A DNA stretch of 64,000 nt from assembly GCA_964291655.2 (NCBI GenBank), contig OZ219802.1, forward strand, positions 2,560,001 to 2,624,000. Reading direction: 5' to 3'. The number at the start of each line of letters is the position of its first letter. Within the stretch, counting starts at the first letter, position 1. The position numbers were made by a program, and so were the translations under genes. Source of the DNA: Chloroflexota bacterium (lineage in GTDB: Bacteria; Chloroflexota; UBA11872; VXOZ01). Shown in pieces: positions 46,672-56,898 of this stretch. Below the pieces are notes generated by a model. The model made no database searches. It was given only the letters and a program-made list of their open reading frames with translations, and was not told where the DNA came from.

Positions 46672-48255
46672 TTGGAAAGGAAGTTGTTGAGGAAGTCGAG
46701 ACTCACAGTGGAGAAGCTCGCAGTCTGCGTGCTTGTCTTGGCTGGCGCGCTGCTGCTGATGGGTGCGTCAGCCGGTTTTGAGACGCAGACGCCTACTCCG
46801 GTGTCCTTCCCGTCCAAGGTGGTGTGGACGCCGGATGGGAAGCACATCATCTTTTCTCACGAATTTCAAGGCATCTTTATGGTGGATAGGGCAGGCTCGG
46901 AGTTGCGGGCGATACCGGAGGATGCGCCGCTGGGGACGCCTTCATCTCCGGGCTATGCCTTGCCTGCGGTCTCACCTGATGGAACGCGGCTGGCCTATGT
47001 GGCGCGGCCTAGCGCACCAGGAAAGAGCGCCGCGATCATGGTGTCGGCGCTGGATGGGACAGGCGCGCGGAGGCTGACGCAAGACGAAAGGTTCAATACC
47101 TACCCGGCGTGGTCGCCGGATGGGGAGGAGATCGCCTACATCGCGGACGGCCAGCTCACTGTCATGCGTGCCGATGGGACGAACGTGAGTGTGCTCGCGC
47201 CGTCGGTGCAGGCGGTGAACGCCGCATTGGCATGGTCGCCGGACAGCAGCCGCATTGCCTTTGTGGGGGAACAACCATACTCCGTACATCGTGCTGTCTT
47301 CATGGTTAGGCCAGATGGCACTGAACTGACCAATCTAGCAGCAACGGTAAGCGTGCCGTCATGGTCGCCTGACGGCAGCCGCATTGCATTCTTGATGCCG
47401 GAAGACTATGGGAGTGTAAGCCTTTTCACTTTGGACAATGAAGGCAATGATCTACAGCGAGCGTGGTCGCTGGGTCGGACCGATGTGCGACGTCCGTGGT
47501 CATTAGTGATAACCAACAGGTGGTTCGGCAACCTCTCTTGGTCACCAGATGGTTCCGCAGTCCTCTACGTTTCCGATGTTGGCAATGTCGAAGTCGTTAG
47601 CCTAGATTATGCGAATGAGATGCTGCGCTTCCTTTTTGAAGATACCGCTGGGACTACGCCGCAGAAAGGTCTCCCGGGAGGTACACTAGCCCGCGCGCCC
47701 GGCAGATGGGCGGCATGGAACCCCGACAGCTCGCGGATTGCCGTCCTTTCCAGTAATTATCAAGACAGTCTTTTCAATCCCACTCACGGGGATGAGATCT
47801 ATACGATGGCGCGAGATGCGGCGCTGAAGCGAGTCTTGGTGCACAGGGAAGGTGCGCGACTAGGGGCAGAGCATCCCAATTGGTACGACACAGCGCACAA
47901 CATTGCGGCGTGTTCAGAGGGTTTCGTCATGCCTGACCCGGAGGAGAATGCAGGCTTGGTGCAGGACTGCGAGATTCTGATGGCGATACGCGATGAACTG
48001 GCCGGAGATTTCCTGCTGAACTGGAGCTCGACCGTACCCATGCTTGAGTGGTTGGGTGTCGGCTATTTCCCTAATTTCTTGCTCTATAGGTCTGACGAAA
48101 TAAGAGAATTGCGAGTGACTATTCTGTACCTTAGGGGTAGGGGGGACGTTGATCGCTATTCAGGTCGGTTGATGCTCTTTGCTGGTTTGCATAAGAAGGA
48201 TGACCGGGGGGGGGGGGCATTGCATACGAGATTGATATTGGAACCATTGGGTTGA
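46672..48255 (+). CDS. Secreted TolB-like (PD40 repeat) protein, N-terminal part of a frameshifted TolB+LRR gene
   Basis: Repeated PxWSPDGxxIAF; Cys cap CSEG...DCE...LNWS; frame breaks at a G12 tract (48206-48217). Confidence 0.8.
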   Translation: MERKLLRKSRLTVEKLAVCVLVLAGALLLMGASAGFETQTPTPVSFPSKVVWTPDGKHIIFSHEFQGIFMVDRAGSELRAIPEDAPLGTPSSPGYALPAVSPDGTRLAYVARPSAPGKSAAIMVSALDGTGARRLTQDERFNTYPAWSPDGEEIAYIADGQLTVMRADGTNVSVLAPSVQAVNAALAWSPDSSRIAFVGEQPYSVHRAVFMVRPDGTELTNLAATVSVPSWSPDGSRIAFLMPEDYGSVSLFTLDNEGNDLQRAWSLGRTDVRRPWSLVITNRWFGNLSWSPDGSAVLYVSDVGNVEVVSLDYANEMLRFLFEDTAGTTPQKGLPGGTLARAPGRWAAWNPDSSRIAVLSSNYQDSLFNPTHGDEIYTMARDAALKRVLVHREGARLGAEHPNWYDTAHNIAACSEGFVMPDPEENAGLVQDCEILMAIRDELAGDFLLNWSSTVPMLEWLGVGYFPNFLLYRSDEIRELRVTILYLRGRGDVDRYSGRLMLFAGLHKKDDRGGGALHTRLILEPLG

Positions 48256-48782
48256 ATGGGAGCATTCCGAAAGAGCTAAGCAAACTGACTAAGCTCTGGT
48301 TGGTTGAACTCAGCTACAACAGACTAAGCGGAAGCATCCCACCTCAGTTGGCTGAACTCACCGACCTCATGCACTTGGCCCTTGATCACAATAACCTCAG
48401 TGGGAGCATCCCGCCTGAATTGTCAAGGTTTCCCCATTTGATGCGGTTGGATCTTAGCGGCAATAGCTTGACCGGAAACCTACCACCGGAATTGGCCAAT
48501 CCCCGTTTACTGAATGTGCTGAACCTTAGCCACAACAGGCTGAGCGGAGAAATTCCACCAGAGCTAGGTAGCGGGAGATATGACTTGCTAGACCTAAGCC
48601 ACAACGAGTTGAGCGGAAGCATCCCACCGGAACTTGCCAATGTCGTTTATGTTACTCCAGAGACATGGGGAACAGTGAGACTACATGGGAATCCATTATC
48701 GGGATGTATGCCGAGAAGGTGGGAAGTATATGCGAACGGTTCCGATGGCATTCATGAAGACTTGGAATTCTGCGCTGAGTGA
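48252..48782 (+). CDS. Leucine-rich repeat domain (plant-type LRR), C-terminal part of the same gene
   Basis: LxLxxNxLSGSIPPELxxL repeats; this frame is open upstream to the G-tract; ends LEFCAE like the paralog's LEYCTE. Confidence 0.8.
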   Translation: MNGSIPKELSKLTKLWLVELSYNRLSGSIPPQLAELTDLMHLALDHNNLSGSIPPELSRFPHLMRLDLSGNSLTGNLPPELANPRLLNVLNLSHNRLSGEIPPELGSGRYDLLDLSHNELSGSIPPELANVVYVTPETWGTVRLHGNPLSGCMPRRWEVYANGSDGIHEDLEFCAE

Positions 48783-48945
48783 CACCAAGTCGGGTTCTCT
48801 CGTAGCGCAGGTACGCACGGGACGTGCGCGTAACCTGTGACAGTCTGGCGGAAAAGTCCACCAATTCACCAGAGATTCGGCTGCCACTTGTTTGGCAAGG
48901 CATTTGGCGATGCGCGTGCTTGGGGAGTTATAGGAGTGTAAGACT

Positions 48946-50865
48946 ATGAAGCAACTGAGGCTCCTAGTTAGTAAGTTCGCGCTCTGCTTACTCCTGCTGG
49001 GGAGCACAGTGGTTTTGCTGGGGGCGTCTCCCGGTGGTGAGCCGCAAGCGCCGTCGGCGCCTGAGATGTTTCCGTCCAAGGTGGTTTGGACGCCGGATGG
49101 GCAGCACATCATCTTCTCCCGTGGGTTCCAGGGCATCTTCATAGTAGACCGGGCAGGGTCGGAGTTGCGGTCGATACCGGAGGATGCACCGCTGGGGACG
49201 GTGGCAGCGCCCGGTTATGCCTTGCCTGCGCTCTCGCCCGACGGCACTAGCCTAGCTTTCGTTGCGCCACTAGGGGGACAGAGCGCGGCGATCATGGTGT
49301 CGGCGCTGAATGGGACGGGAATGCGTAGGCTGACCCAGGACGAGCGATTCAACACCTACCCCGCATGGTCGCCCAATGGGAAAGAGATTGCCTACATTTC
49401 AAACGGCAAGCTGACGGTCATGCGTGCTGATGGGACGAGCGCGCGGGTGCTTGCGCCGTCGGTGAAAGTGGTGAATGCTGCACCGGTGTGGTCGCCATTC
49501 GGCAATCGCATTGCCTTTGTGGGCATTCAAGATCATCCGGTGCTTCGTTATGCGGTCTACACGGTGCGGCCGGATGGGACGGAACGGACCAATTTGGGAG
49601 CGACGGTGAGTGTGCCGTCGTGGTCGCCGGGTGGATGGCGCATTGCCTTCCTGGTGCCAGGTGATAGATCGCCTTGGGCGTTGGTAGGAGATATCCGCCT
49701 ATATACTTTGGACATACTTCGGAATGATCTGCTTGAAGTGTGGCCGCTGGATGTAGCGGGCATTTGGGCAGACAGCCTGTCGTGGTCACCTGACGGCTCG
49801 GCTGTTCACTTCGCGTCCTCCCGTGGCGAGGTCGTCGTCGTCAGTCTGGACATAAGTGCAGAGGGAATTTTCTCTGACAGCGTATCTCTATTTGATAACA
49901 GAAGTCGAAGAGCAGGTTCAGCAGGACCTAACGCTACTACTCTTCCGCCACGAGTGTACCCAGGCGATGTACTGATCCGTACCGCTGGCAGGTGGGCCGC
50001 ATGGTCTCCCGACGGTTCACGAGTTGTCATCTTGAAGGGCATTAACGGCAGTGGCGAGAATGACACAACCAAAATAGAGACAGTCTTTACACTTTCGCGC
50101 ATCGGGTTGCTCAAGCGCACATTGGTACGGAGCGATGGCGAGAGTTTGGTAGCAAGTTACCCAGGTTGGTATGATGTCCAAAGCAACGTGGCCGCCTGCT
50201 CGGCAGGATACGTCGTGCCCGATCCAAGCGAGCATGCAGAGCTCGTGCGGGACTGTGAAACCTTGATGGTGGTACGGGACAAGCTGGCCGGGGACTTTCT
50301 GCTAAACTGGAGCGCCGAAACTCCCATCACCGACTGGTGGGGCATTAAAATACGCAGATTCAAACCCTTCCGCGTTGAAGCCCTGGATCTTTCAGGCGTG
50401 AAGTGGATGTATGGCTTTTCGCATTGGATCAGACCTCTGTTGCTTTTTCCCGCCATTGTAGGGGTTCCCGTTGATTACAATGGTCCGGCTTTGACCGGAT
50501 TCATCCCACCGGAGTTAGGAAACTTGACCGGCCCGTGGACCTTGTCCTTGAGTTACAATCGCCTGCGGGGCGGCATTCCACCGGAACTGGGCAAGCTTAC
50601 AAGCTTACGGCACTTGGATCTCGCCAAAAGTGGCGTGTCCGGAAGCCTACCGGCGGAAATAGGCAATCTCATCCACCTGGATACTCTCTACCTTAGCAGC
50701 AATAGTCTGAGCGGGAGCATTCCACCGGAGTTGGGCAAGCTCCGATTGCTACGGGACTTGTCATTTGTCAAGAGCGGTCTGACTGGTTGTGTCCCGAGGA
50801 CGCTGACCAGCGGCGACTATGTTGTAGCTTGGGATTTTGGAGAGCTGGAATACTGCACTGAGTGA
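48946..50865 (+). CDS. Secreted TolB-like + LRR fusion protein (intact paralog)
   Basis: Signal peptide, WSPDG repeats, Cys cap, LTGFIPPELGNL-type LRRs. Confidence 0.87.
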   Translation: MKQLRLLVSKFALCLLLLGSTVVLLGASPGGEPQAPSAPEMFPSKVVWTPDGQHIIFSRGFQGIFIVDRAGSELRSIPEDAPLGTVAAPGYALPALSPDGTSLAFVAPLGGQSAAIMVSALNGTGMRRLTQDERFNTYPAWSPNGKEIAYISNGKLTVMRADGTSARVLAPSVKVVNAAPVWSPFGNRIAFVGIQDHPVLRYAVYTVRPDGTERTNLGATVSVPSWSPGGWRIAFLVPGDRSPWALVGDIRLYTLDILRNDLLEVWPLDVAGIWADSLSWSPDGSAVHFASSRGEVVVVSLDISAEGIFSDSVSLFDNRSRRAGSAGPNATTLPPRVYPGDVLIRTAGRWAAWSPDGSRVVILKGINGSGENDTTKIETVFTLSRIGLLKRTLVRSDGESLVASYPGWYDVQSNVAACSAGYVVPDPSEHAELVRDCETLMVVRDKLAGDFLLNWSAETPITDWWGIKIRRFKPFRVEALDLSGVKWMYGFSHWIRPLLLFPAIVGVPVDYNGPALTGFIPPELGNLTGPWTLSLSYNRLRGGIPPELGKLTSLRHLDLAKSGVSGSLPAEIGNLIHLDTLYLSSNSLSGSIPPELGKLRLLRDLSFVKSGLTGCVPRTLTSGDYVVAWDFGELEYCTE

Positions 50866-51136
50866 CGGCAGAATAGCGAAAGCCGAAACTTCGCGCTGAG
50901 GCACATAAAAATCTTGGGCTCAAGCGAAGTACCGCAGAAGCAAGTCCCCATGATACTGTCTTGAAGTCGTAGCTTAGAACAAGGGTGAGCGTTCGTAGCC
51001 TTAGACCCGGTAGCGCGGGTTCGCACGCGCCGTGCGCGCAACTTGCGTTCCGTCTCGCGAAAAAGAGTGTATAATCACCGGAGATGAGTCTGATATTGGT
51101 TGTACTTAGGAGAGTCTTTGAGAAGGAGTGAGCCTA

Positions 51137-51916
51137 ATGGCGACTGCACAGTTGGTGACTTTGGCGCCGGAGCAGAAGCAGTTCTTCGATGACAACGGCT
51201 ATCTGGTGATGGAGGGGTTGTACGACGCCGCTGAGATGGAGGAGATGCGGCGGGAGTTTCACGACCTCATTACGAATACCGACGGCCGGCCCAAGGCTAT
51301 TAGATACAACTTCATGGAGCAGGCGGAGGGGTATCCCATCGACCCCTACAATCCCAAGAACGTACAGGGCATCATGGACCAGCCGTTGGCGAGCGATTAC
51401 TGGTTCAACAACGTTACCGACCCCCGCATAGTGAACGTCTTCATCGACCTCTTCGGCCCGGACATCGACTTTCACAACGGCAAGGTGCGCAACAATCCGC
51501 CGGGCTTCACGAATGAACAGGGCTGGCACCAGGACTGGCCGTACGAGCTTCACAGCAAGTCGGACCTGGCGGCGGCCATCATCTACCTGGACGCCAACGA
51601 CGTAGACCAAGGCGCGACTACGGTGCTGCCCGGCAGCCACCTGATGGGCGAGTGGGAGACGTCACACGGCCATACCGTAGCCGACGAGAAGGTGGCAGAC
51701 TACGACCCGGTGCCGATGCTTGCCAAGCCCGGCGACGTGCTCTTCATCCACGTGATGGTGCTGCACACCGCCGGCAATAACTACTCCAACACGTCCCGCC
51801 ACAAGGTCATCAACGAGTACAAGAGCAAGGAAGCCATCGACCAGTGGGGCAACCGCTGCGCCTACGCCGGAATGCCGGTAGCCCGTGACGGCCAGGTGTG
51901 CATCCCGCAGCTTTAG
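51137..51916 (+). CDS. Phytanoyl-CoA dioxygenase (PhyH) family Fe(II)/2OG dioxygenase
   Basis: FDDNGYLV, WHQD, VLPGSH, PGDVLF..H...LH triad. Confidence 0.92.
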   Translation: MATAQLVTLAPEQKQFFDDNGYLVMEGLYDAAEMEEMRREFHDLITNTDGRPKAIRYNFMEQAEGYPIDPYNPKNVQGIMDQPLASDYWFNNVTDPRIVNVFIDLFGPDIDFHNGKVRNNPPGFTNEQGWHQDWPYELHSKSDLAAAIIYLDANDVDQGATTVLPGSHLMGEWETSHGHTVADEKVADYDPVPMLAKPGDVLFIHVMVLHTAGNNYSNTSRHKVINEYKSKEAIDQWGNRCAYAGMPVARDGQVCIPQL

Positions 51917-52316
51917 CGGTGGAGACATTGGGCGCATGCCAAGCTTAGCCTAAGCCTGCCAATCGATTATCGCGTCACACTTAGTCTCGACAGACTAGGT
52001 AATCCGGACTTTTCTCTGTCGCCCACGCGAAAGTGGGAACCTAGGTAGTGTTGGCGGCTCTGGGCGAATGTTCTCTCTCCCGGGGAGAGGGTTAGGGCGA
52101 CCGGTCGCTAGACTCGCCAAGAACTTCGCTGTATGGCGCTGCGACGCAAGGGTGTTTCCATGTCAAGAACTCTGTCGACTCCTCGTCACTTTGACAACAC
52201 CTCCGACTGGTTCCCCATCAACCGCTCGTGGCAATTCGAGCCGCCGGCTGATCTGCATGGGGAAATGACGCCCAATGAGGTTGAAGCCGCTAGCGGGCAT
52301 ACTTTTGTGGCAACGC

Positions 52317-53192
52317 TCACGATGCCCCTTTGTCTGCATCAAATCTCAGCAAACTGTCTACATCTTCCTTGCTCCTAATCTGCATAAGCCTTACTTCTCT
52401 TGGGCCGCAAAGGCAACCGAGTTTCCGGAAACTTAGACCGCATTTCTGAAAGATCTTTCGCACCGCATACCACCGCAGTGTGCGGTCACATTGCAAACTC
52501 TCAGATAGAGACAACCGCAGAAGGATTCGATCATAGTGAGCATATACCCGGATCAGATAGATCAAGGGTGCAAGTGAGACGGAGAGCAGAAAGGGTAGGG
52601 CTAGCTCTCGCAATGTGAGTGTGGATGCAAGGGTTTGCATGTCCCCAAGTGCTCTCCAAAGTGCCTGGAGGATCAAGCCTAACCCAATAAGCATGAGAAC
52701 CGCTGAAGTTGCTTTGGCGAGTTTTGCGAATTGTTCATCCGACTGTGCCAGGGCACCAAACATAGCCAAGGCAGCAATTAGTGGTAATAGGATGAGTTCA
52801 GCCAACAGATTGAACGTGTAGGTGTTCACAAGGAACTCAATTATGAGGACGACTTTGAGGTTATCTACAAGTAGATTTCGGAACAGATTCACTCCACCCT
52901 TAGTTTCGAATGAGCGAGCGAATAGTACTGATCCAGAGAGGATTGACCATAGGATGGTGTCCTTTAGAAGAATTGGTTGCCAGTATCCTACGCTCTGTAG
53001 CGCAAGTATGATTAAGGTGACATAAAACAGTGCAAAGCCACTAGAGATGAGTATCTTTGGATGCAAGAGAGCACCTAGTGCTCCCAAGAGGCTTCGACGC
53101 AAATCACCAACCAGCAGCATCCAAACTATAGCAGCAATTATCCAGATCCCTGCTGCTATTTCCCTGCTATTGAACAAGCCCAAGCTAATCAT
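52317..53192 (-). CDS. Multi-pass membrane hypothetical protein
   Basis: 291 aa with about 7-8 hydrophobic segments; ATGA overlap with the upstream methylase; visibly AT-richer. Confidence 0.75.
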   Translation of the reverse strand: MISLGLFNSREIAAGIWIIAAIVWMLLVGDLRRSLLGALGALLHPKILISSGFALFYVTLIILALQSVGYWQPILLKDTILWSILSGSVLFARSFETKGGVNLFRNLLVDNLKVVLIIEFLVNTYTFNLLAELILLPLIAALAMFGALAQSDEQFAKLAKATSAVLMLIGLGLILQALWRALGDMQTLASTLTLRELALPFLLSVSLAPLIYLIRVYAHYDRILLRLSLSESLQCDRTLRWYAVRKIFQKCGLSFRKLGCLCGPREVRLMQIRSKEDVDSLLRFDADKGAS

Positions 53193-56100
53193 CCTTGACC
53201 TAGAAGGCGCCCTACCAATTCCTCCATAGCCTTGCCTTCAGATGAAGTGCGGAGCCATTTGCGGAGTTCGCGGCGGGCGATGGTGACGGTGAGGGGGCGG
53301 GGGCTGCCGCGTTTGGCTGTGCCGCTGGATGTTGAGCGTTGGGCGCGGAGGGCGGCGAGTTGTTGGGCCGCGCCGGAGGCGGCGGCTTGGCCGGCGTCGG
53401 CGATGGCGGCGTGCAGCGGGACGGCGGAGTCGAATTCAGGAATGGGCAGCTTCCAGAGGTGCTTCTGCAAATCGCGAGCACCGAATTGGCCTTTGGACAT
53501 TAGGGGCTTTACTGCTTCATACAGCGTCTCGCTATTGATGGTCGCGAGCAGGTAGTGGGCTTCCCGTGCGTCTTTGCAGGTTATCCAGAAGAGCTTGTAG
53601 TCAATGATGATGGCATCGTCATCGATGATTGCCGCAGTCGGCTGACCGTATCCCGTGTAGACCACGCGGACGGGCCTCTCTTCCGGGTTTTGCTGCCACG
53701 CCAGTTGCGCAGACAGTTCGCGGTGGTAGTCTAGCCTTCCTAGTAGACTTAGCTTATTGACCGGTCTCTTATTCTCTTCCCATAGGTTGCTGACTATCTG
53801 CCAGCGCTCACGCATTCTCCATCCCAATGCGCCGGCGTTGATGCTGTCCCTGTCCTCTGGATCAACAGGCAACTGAACGTCACCGCGTTGCAAAGGCAGT
53901 ACCGCCTTGAGTGGATCAAGCGTCACGTAAGGGACAACGGTTTCCCCTAAATGAACTTCGTGAACGTGCTGAGCCTCAACCGCCTGTCCCGTGAGCGCAG
54001 TGAGATCAAGGTCGCGCCAGGGCTTCTTGTCTTGTGCACCGATTCGGGGGGTTACGGTCACAGTCTGTCCGGTCCATATCACTGCAGGATTAGGAATCTC
54101 GTTTACAAAATAGAAGCGACGAGGATAGATGTCCGCTCCTTTGCGGGAATAACCGTCGTAAGGAGACTTGCTAGCGCGCTCGCCGTCAGTTAGAGAAACG
54201 GGTACGCGCCGCACATCCGGTGAGCCTGCTTTGCCGAGCCAGCGTTCCGCTTTGCCCCGCAAGGGGTTTGCCACGCCGCTGTCACCTGTGCTCTGCGCAA
54301 AGACGACGCAGGACGGCATTGGGAAGAAAGTGTTGGGTTCCAGTCGTTCTAAGTCCCAGACCGGTTTGTAATCGAACTCCACTGCCAAGGTAAAGTCCCT
54401 GGAGCGTGCACTTCCTCGACCCCGCTGTTTCGAGCGCCAGAGACCCGTGCGCCATTTGGCGTACTGCCCGGACTGCAGGGCGCTATGTGGCATGACCATG
54501 CCGATTACGCCGCCGACTTTCAAGTACAAGTCCGTGCACCGCGCATAGAAGAGCCCGGAAATGTCTTGGACGGCGGCATACTTCCCTCCCGCCCAGATGC
54601 CATAGCGCTCTTTGCTCTGCTGTTCCAATTCCGAGCGCAAGATGCGAGCCGTATTGCGGTAGATGAGCCACGGTGGGTTGCCGATGACTACGTCCACTTT
54701 TTCGCGGCTGAGGACGACCGGGCGCACCAGGTTGCGGGTGTAGTAGGCCCAGATGTGGTCGCGGCCGCCGGCGTGGAGACGCTGCATGACAGCGATGGTC
54801 TGCTGCAGGGTCTCGCGCTCGTAGGCGTCGGTGACGGCATGATCGTCCAGTGCGACGTGGGGATCGGCGCCGCGCTCGATGGCGTCGGCTATGTCGCTCA
54901 GCAGCGGATCGAACGTATCGGCGCGGGCGACCAGAGACGTCGGGAAGATCAGGGTCGTGTTCTGCTCGTCTTCCACCTCGATGCGCACCTCATTCGCGGC
55001 GATCATGTCGCCGGTGTGGAAGCGCAGTTGCAGCGCGTCGCCGAGGTAGACGGGCACGGAGATTGGGCTACTGTAACCGGCGTCGGCGGCGGCCACGATG
55101 GCCGGACGCGCCGCCAGGGTCCACGCGGCCCGGGCAAGGTGCACAGCCACCGGATGCACGTCGATGCCGGTCACCGCCACCCGCAGATTCTCTATAACCG
55201 CTAAGGGGGTCAGCTTGGCATTTTGGGCCGCCTCTAGGAAATGCGCGACCGCTTCCACAAGGAATGTACCGGAGCCGCAGGCGGGATCGAGCACGCGCTG
55301 GTTCAGGGGATCATCCACGAGTTCACTCACCATGACGCGGGCGAGCCAGTCCGGCGTGTAGTACTCGCCAAGTTGGCGGCGCTCATCCGGCGGAATCACA
55401 GTCTCGTAGAGGATCGCGCCCACGTCGGCCGGGGCGTTGCTCCACTCAAACCGCGCCACACGCCGCGCCAGGGTCTTGACCAATGAAGACCCGCCCTCCA
55501 CCTCAGTGGGCCAGGCAAAGAAGTCCGACTCGACGATGCCATGCAAGCCGGTAGCATTGTGAAAGCGGCGGCCGTTCAAGAGGGCGGACGGCTCGCTCTC
55601 CGCGACCTCGGCAATGTCGATGCCAAACGACGCCTGCACCACCATGCCGATGGTCATGCTCAGGTAGGTGTGACGGACGAATAAATCGTCCATCTGATCC
55701 CGCCCACGGGCAATTTCACCCAGGGACGCCATGAGCAGGTTGTGCCAGAGCCGCCGCTTGACCGCGACGGTCTCGCTGTTAGCAGTGGACTGGTAGAGTT
55801 GCCGCAGGGTATCGATGTCACGTTGGTAGAGGAGGCTGTCAGGCCCGAAACGCGCCTTGATACTCTGGCGGTCGGGTTGTGTCTGCTCCGTTGCGGCGAG
55901 GGCCTCGTCCCGCAGCCACTTGTAGAGATCAGCGCCGCTGTCAGGTGATTCGAGAATGAAGGCATAAGGCCGTGTGGTCCTGACCGCGCCCGCGCCGGGC
56001 CAACGCAGCAGCCAGTGCTTGCCGTCGGTCAGGATGCCCAGACGCACGCCCCTGCCTTCGGTGGCGGATTGCGCGAGGTAGTCGTCCAGTTGTTGCACGT

Positions 56101-56365
56101 AGTCGGGATTGGGCGTGATGCCGCTCGGCCCGATACGGCGCTTGAACTCGATGAAGGTATCAAGCGCGCGCAGATCAACCGCCTGGCGGGAGCTTTGCGA
56201 AGGCGGATTCTCTTCTTGGACGTCTTCCGCGCGCACAAGCCCGGAGTTAATCAGAAAGTCACGCACGGCGCTGGTGATATTCGCCTCGGGCTCACGGTTG
56301 TCGTGCCGCCGCAAGATGTCGGCGGCGAGGTTGCTGAATTGCGCGGTGTTTTCAGTTTCATCCAT
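53189..56365 (-). CDS. Fused N6-adenine DNA methyltransferase/endonuclease (Type IIG-like RM enzyme)
   Basis: N-terminal VD...IEFK plus Q..DY and GILTDGKHW (HsdR_N/PD-(D/E)xK-like); LGEYYTP, VLDPACGSGTFL, IGNPPW; C-terminal TRD-like region. Confidence 0.87.
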   Translation of the reverse strand: MDETENTAQFSNLAADILRRHDNREPEANITSAVRDFLINSGLVRAEDVQEENPPSQSSRQAVDLRALDTFIEFKRRIGPSGITPNPDYVQQLDDYLAQSATEGRGVRLGILTDGKHWLLRWPGAGAVRTTRPYAFILESPDSGADLYKWLRDEALAATEQTQPDRQSIKARFGPDSLLYQRDIDTLRQLYQSTANSETVAVKRRLWHNLLMASLGEIARGRDQMDDLFVRHTYLSMTIGMVVQASFGIDIAEVAESEPSALLNGRRFHNATGLHGIVESDFFAWPTEVEGGSSLVKTLARRVARFEWSNAPADVGAILYETVIPPDERRQLGEYYTPDWLARVMVSELVDDPLNQRVLDPACGSGTFLVEAVAHFLEAAQNAKLTPLAVIENLRVAVTGIDVHPVAVHLARAAWTLAARPAIVAAADAGYSSPISVPVYLGDALQLRFHTGDMIAANEVRIEVEDEQNTTLIFPTSLVARADTFDPLLSDIADAIERGADPHVALDDHAVTDAYERETLQQTIAVMQRLHAGGRDHIWAYYTRNLVRPVVLSREKVDVVIGNPPWLIYRNTARILRSELEQQSKERYGIWAGGKYAAVQDISGLFYARCTDLYLKVGGVIGMVMPHSALQSGQYAKWRTGLWRSKQRGRGSARSRDFTLAVEFDYKPVWDLERLEPNTFFPMPSCVVFAQSTGDSGVANPLRGKAERWLGKAGSPDVRRVPVSLTDGERASKSPYDGYSRKGADIYPRRFYFVNEIPNPAVIWTGQTVTVTPRIGAQDKKPWRDLDLTALTGQAVEAQHVHEVHLGETVVPYVTLDPLKAVLPLQRGDVQLPVDPEDRDSINAGALGWRMRERWQIVSNLWEENKRPVNKLSLLGRLDYHRELSAQLAWQQNPEERPVRVVYTGYGQPTAAIIDDDAIIIDYKLFWITCKDAREAHYLLATINSETLYEAVKPLMSKGQFGARDLQKHLWKLPIPEFDSAVPLHAAIADAGQAAASGAAQQLAALRAQRSTSSGTAKRGSPRPLTVTIARRELRKWLRTSSEGKAMEELVGRLLGQG

Positions 56366-56385
56366 TGCTTTCTTGCCTCGTCAGG

Positions 56386-56479
56386 GAGCGCTTTGCTGAA
56401 CTCTGCCAAACAGTTGGCAGTGGGCTGGGAACGGGGAATCCCCTCACCCTCGCTGTGGCGAGGGTTTTGCAAAGGCCTC
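56386..56479. mobile_element. Degenerate IS5-end mini element just upstream of the RM gene
   Basis: gagcgctttgctgaactc ... gggttttgcaaaggcctc; interior resembles 63298-63350; no clear target duplication. Confidence 0.4.
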
Positions 56480-56898
56480 GTTAAGGTCAATCACTTGTGG
56501 CGATCATGAATATGTACTACTCTATCCCACGCGCGGCGTAGGGTCGAGGTAGAGGACACGCTGGCGCAGACGACCACGTTTTCTGATGACCGACCCTTTG
56601 TCTTCTATTACATCCGCTCACGCAGAGCAACCCCGGTCGGCGCAGGTTGCAAACCTACGCTACCGATTGGGCCCGTGTCACGCAGGGCAACCGCCAATTG
56701 GCTTGGGCAAGTCCGCTTTGGCTCACGGACTACGTTGGCTGACGCGGCTGTGGGCTGACGAAATGGGCGGCGCGGTTTATGCTGGAGGAAGGTAGAGTTA
56801 CCCGCTCAACCGGGTTAGGCGCGCAGGTCAAATCGAGATTCATGGACAGGCTACGTTTTGGATTAAGCTCCCATTTTGCGACGGATGTTTGGCTTCGC

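Noticed and set aside
46559-51047. Integron cassette array
   Set aside because: No integron integrase is present, the repeats lack attC RYYYAAC/GTTRRRY ends, and they match REPs found elsewhere.
52133-52378. Small ORF or transposase remnant downstream of the membrane gene
   Set aside because: Only a vague resemblance (LHGEMTPNEVEAA) to IS3-type C-termini; no DDE motif or ends identifiable.
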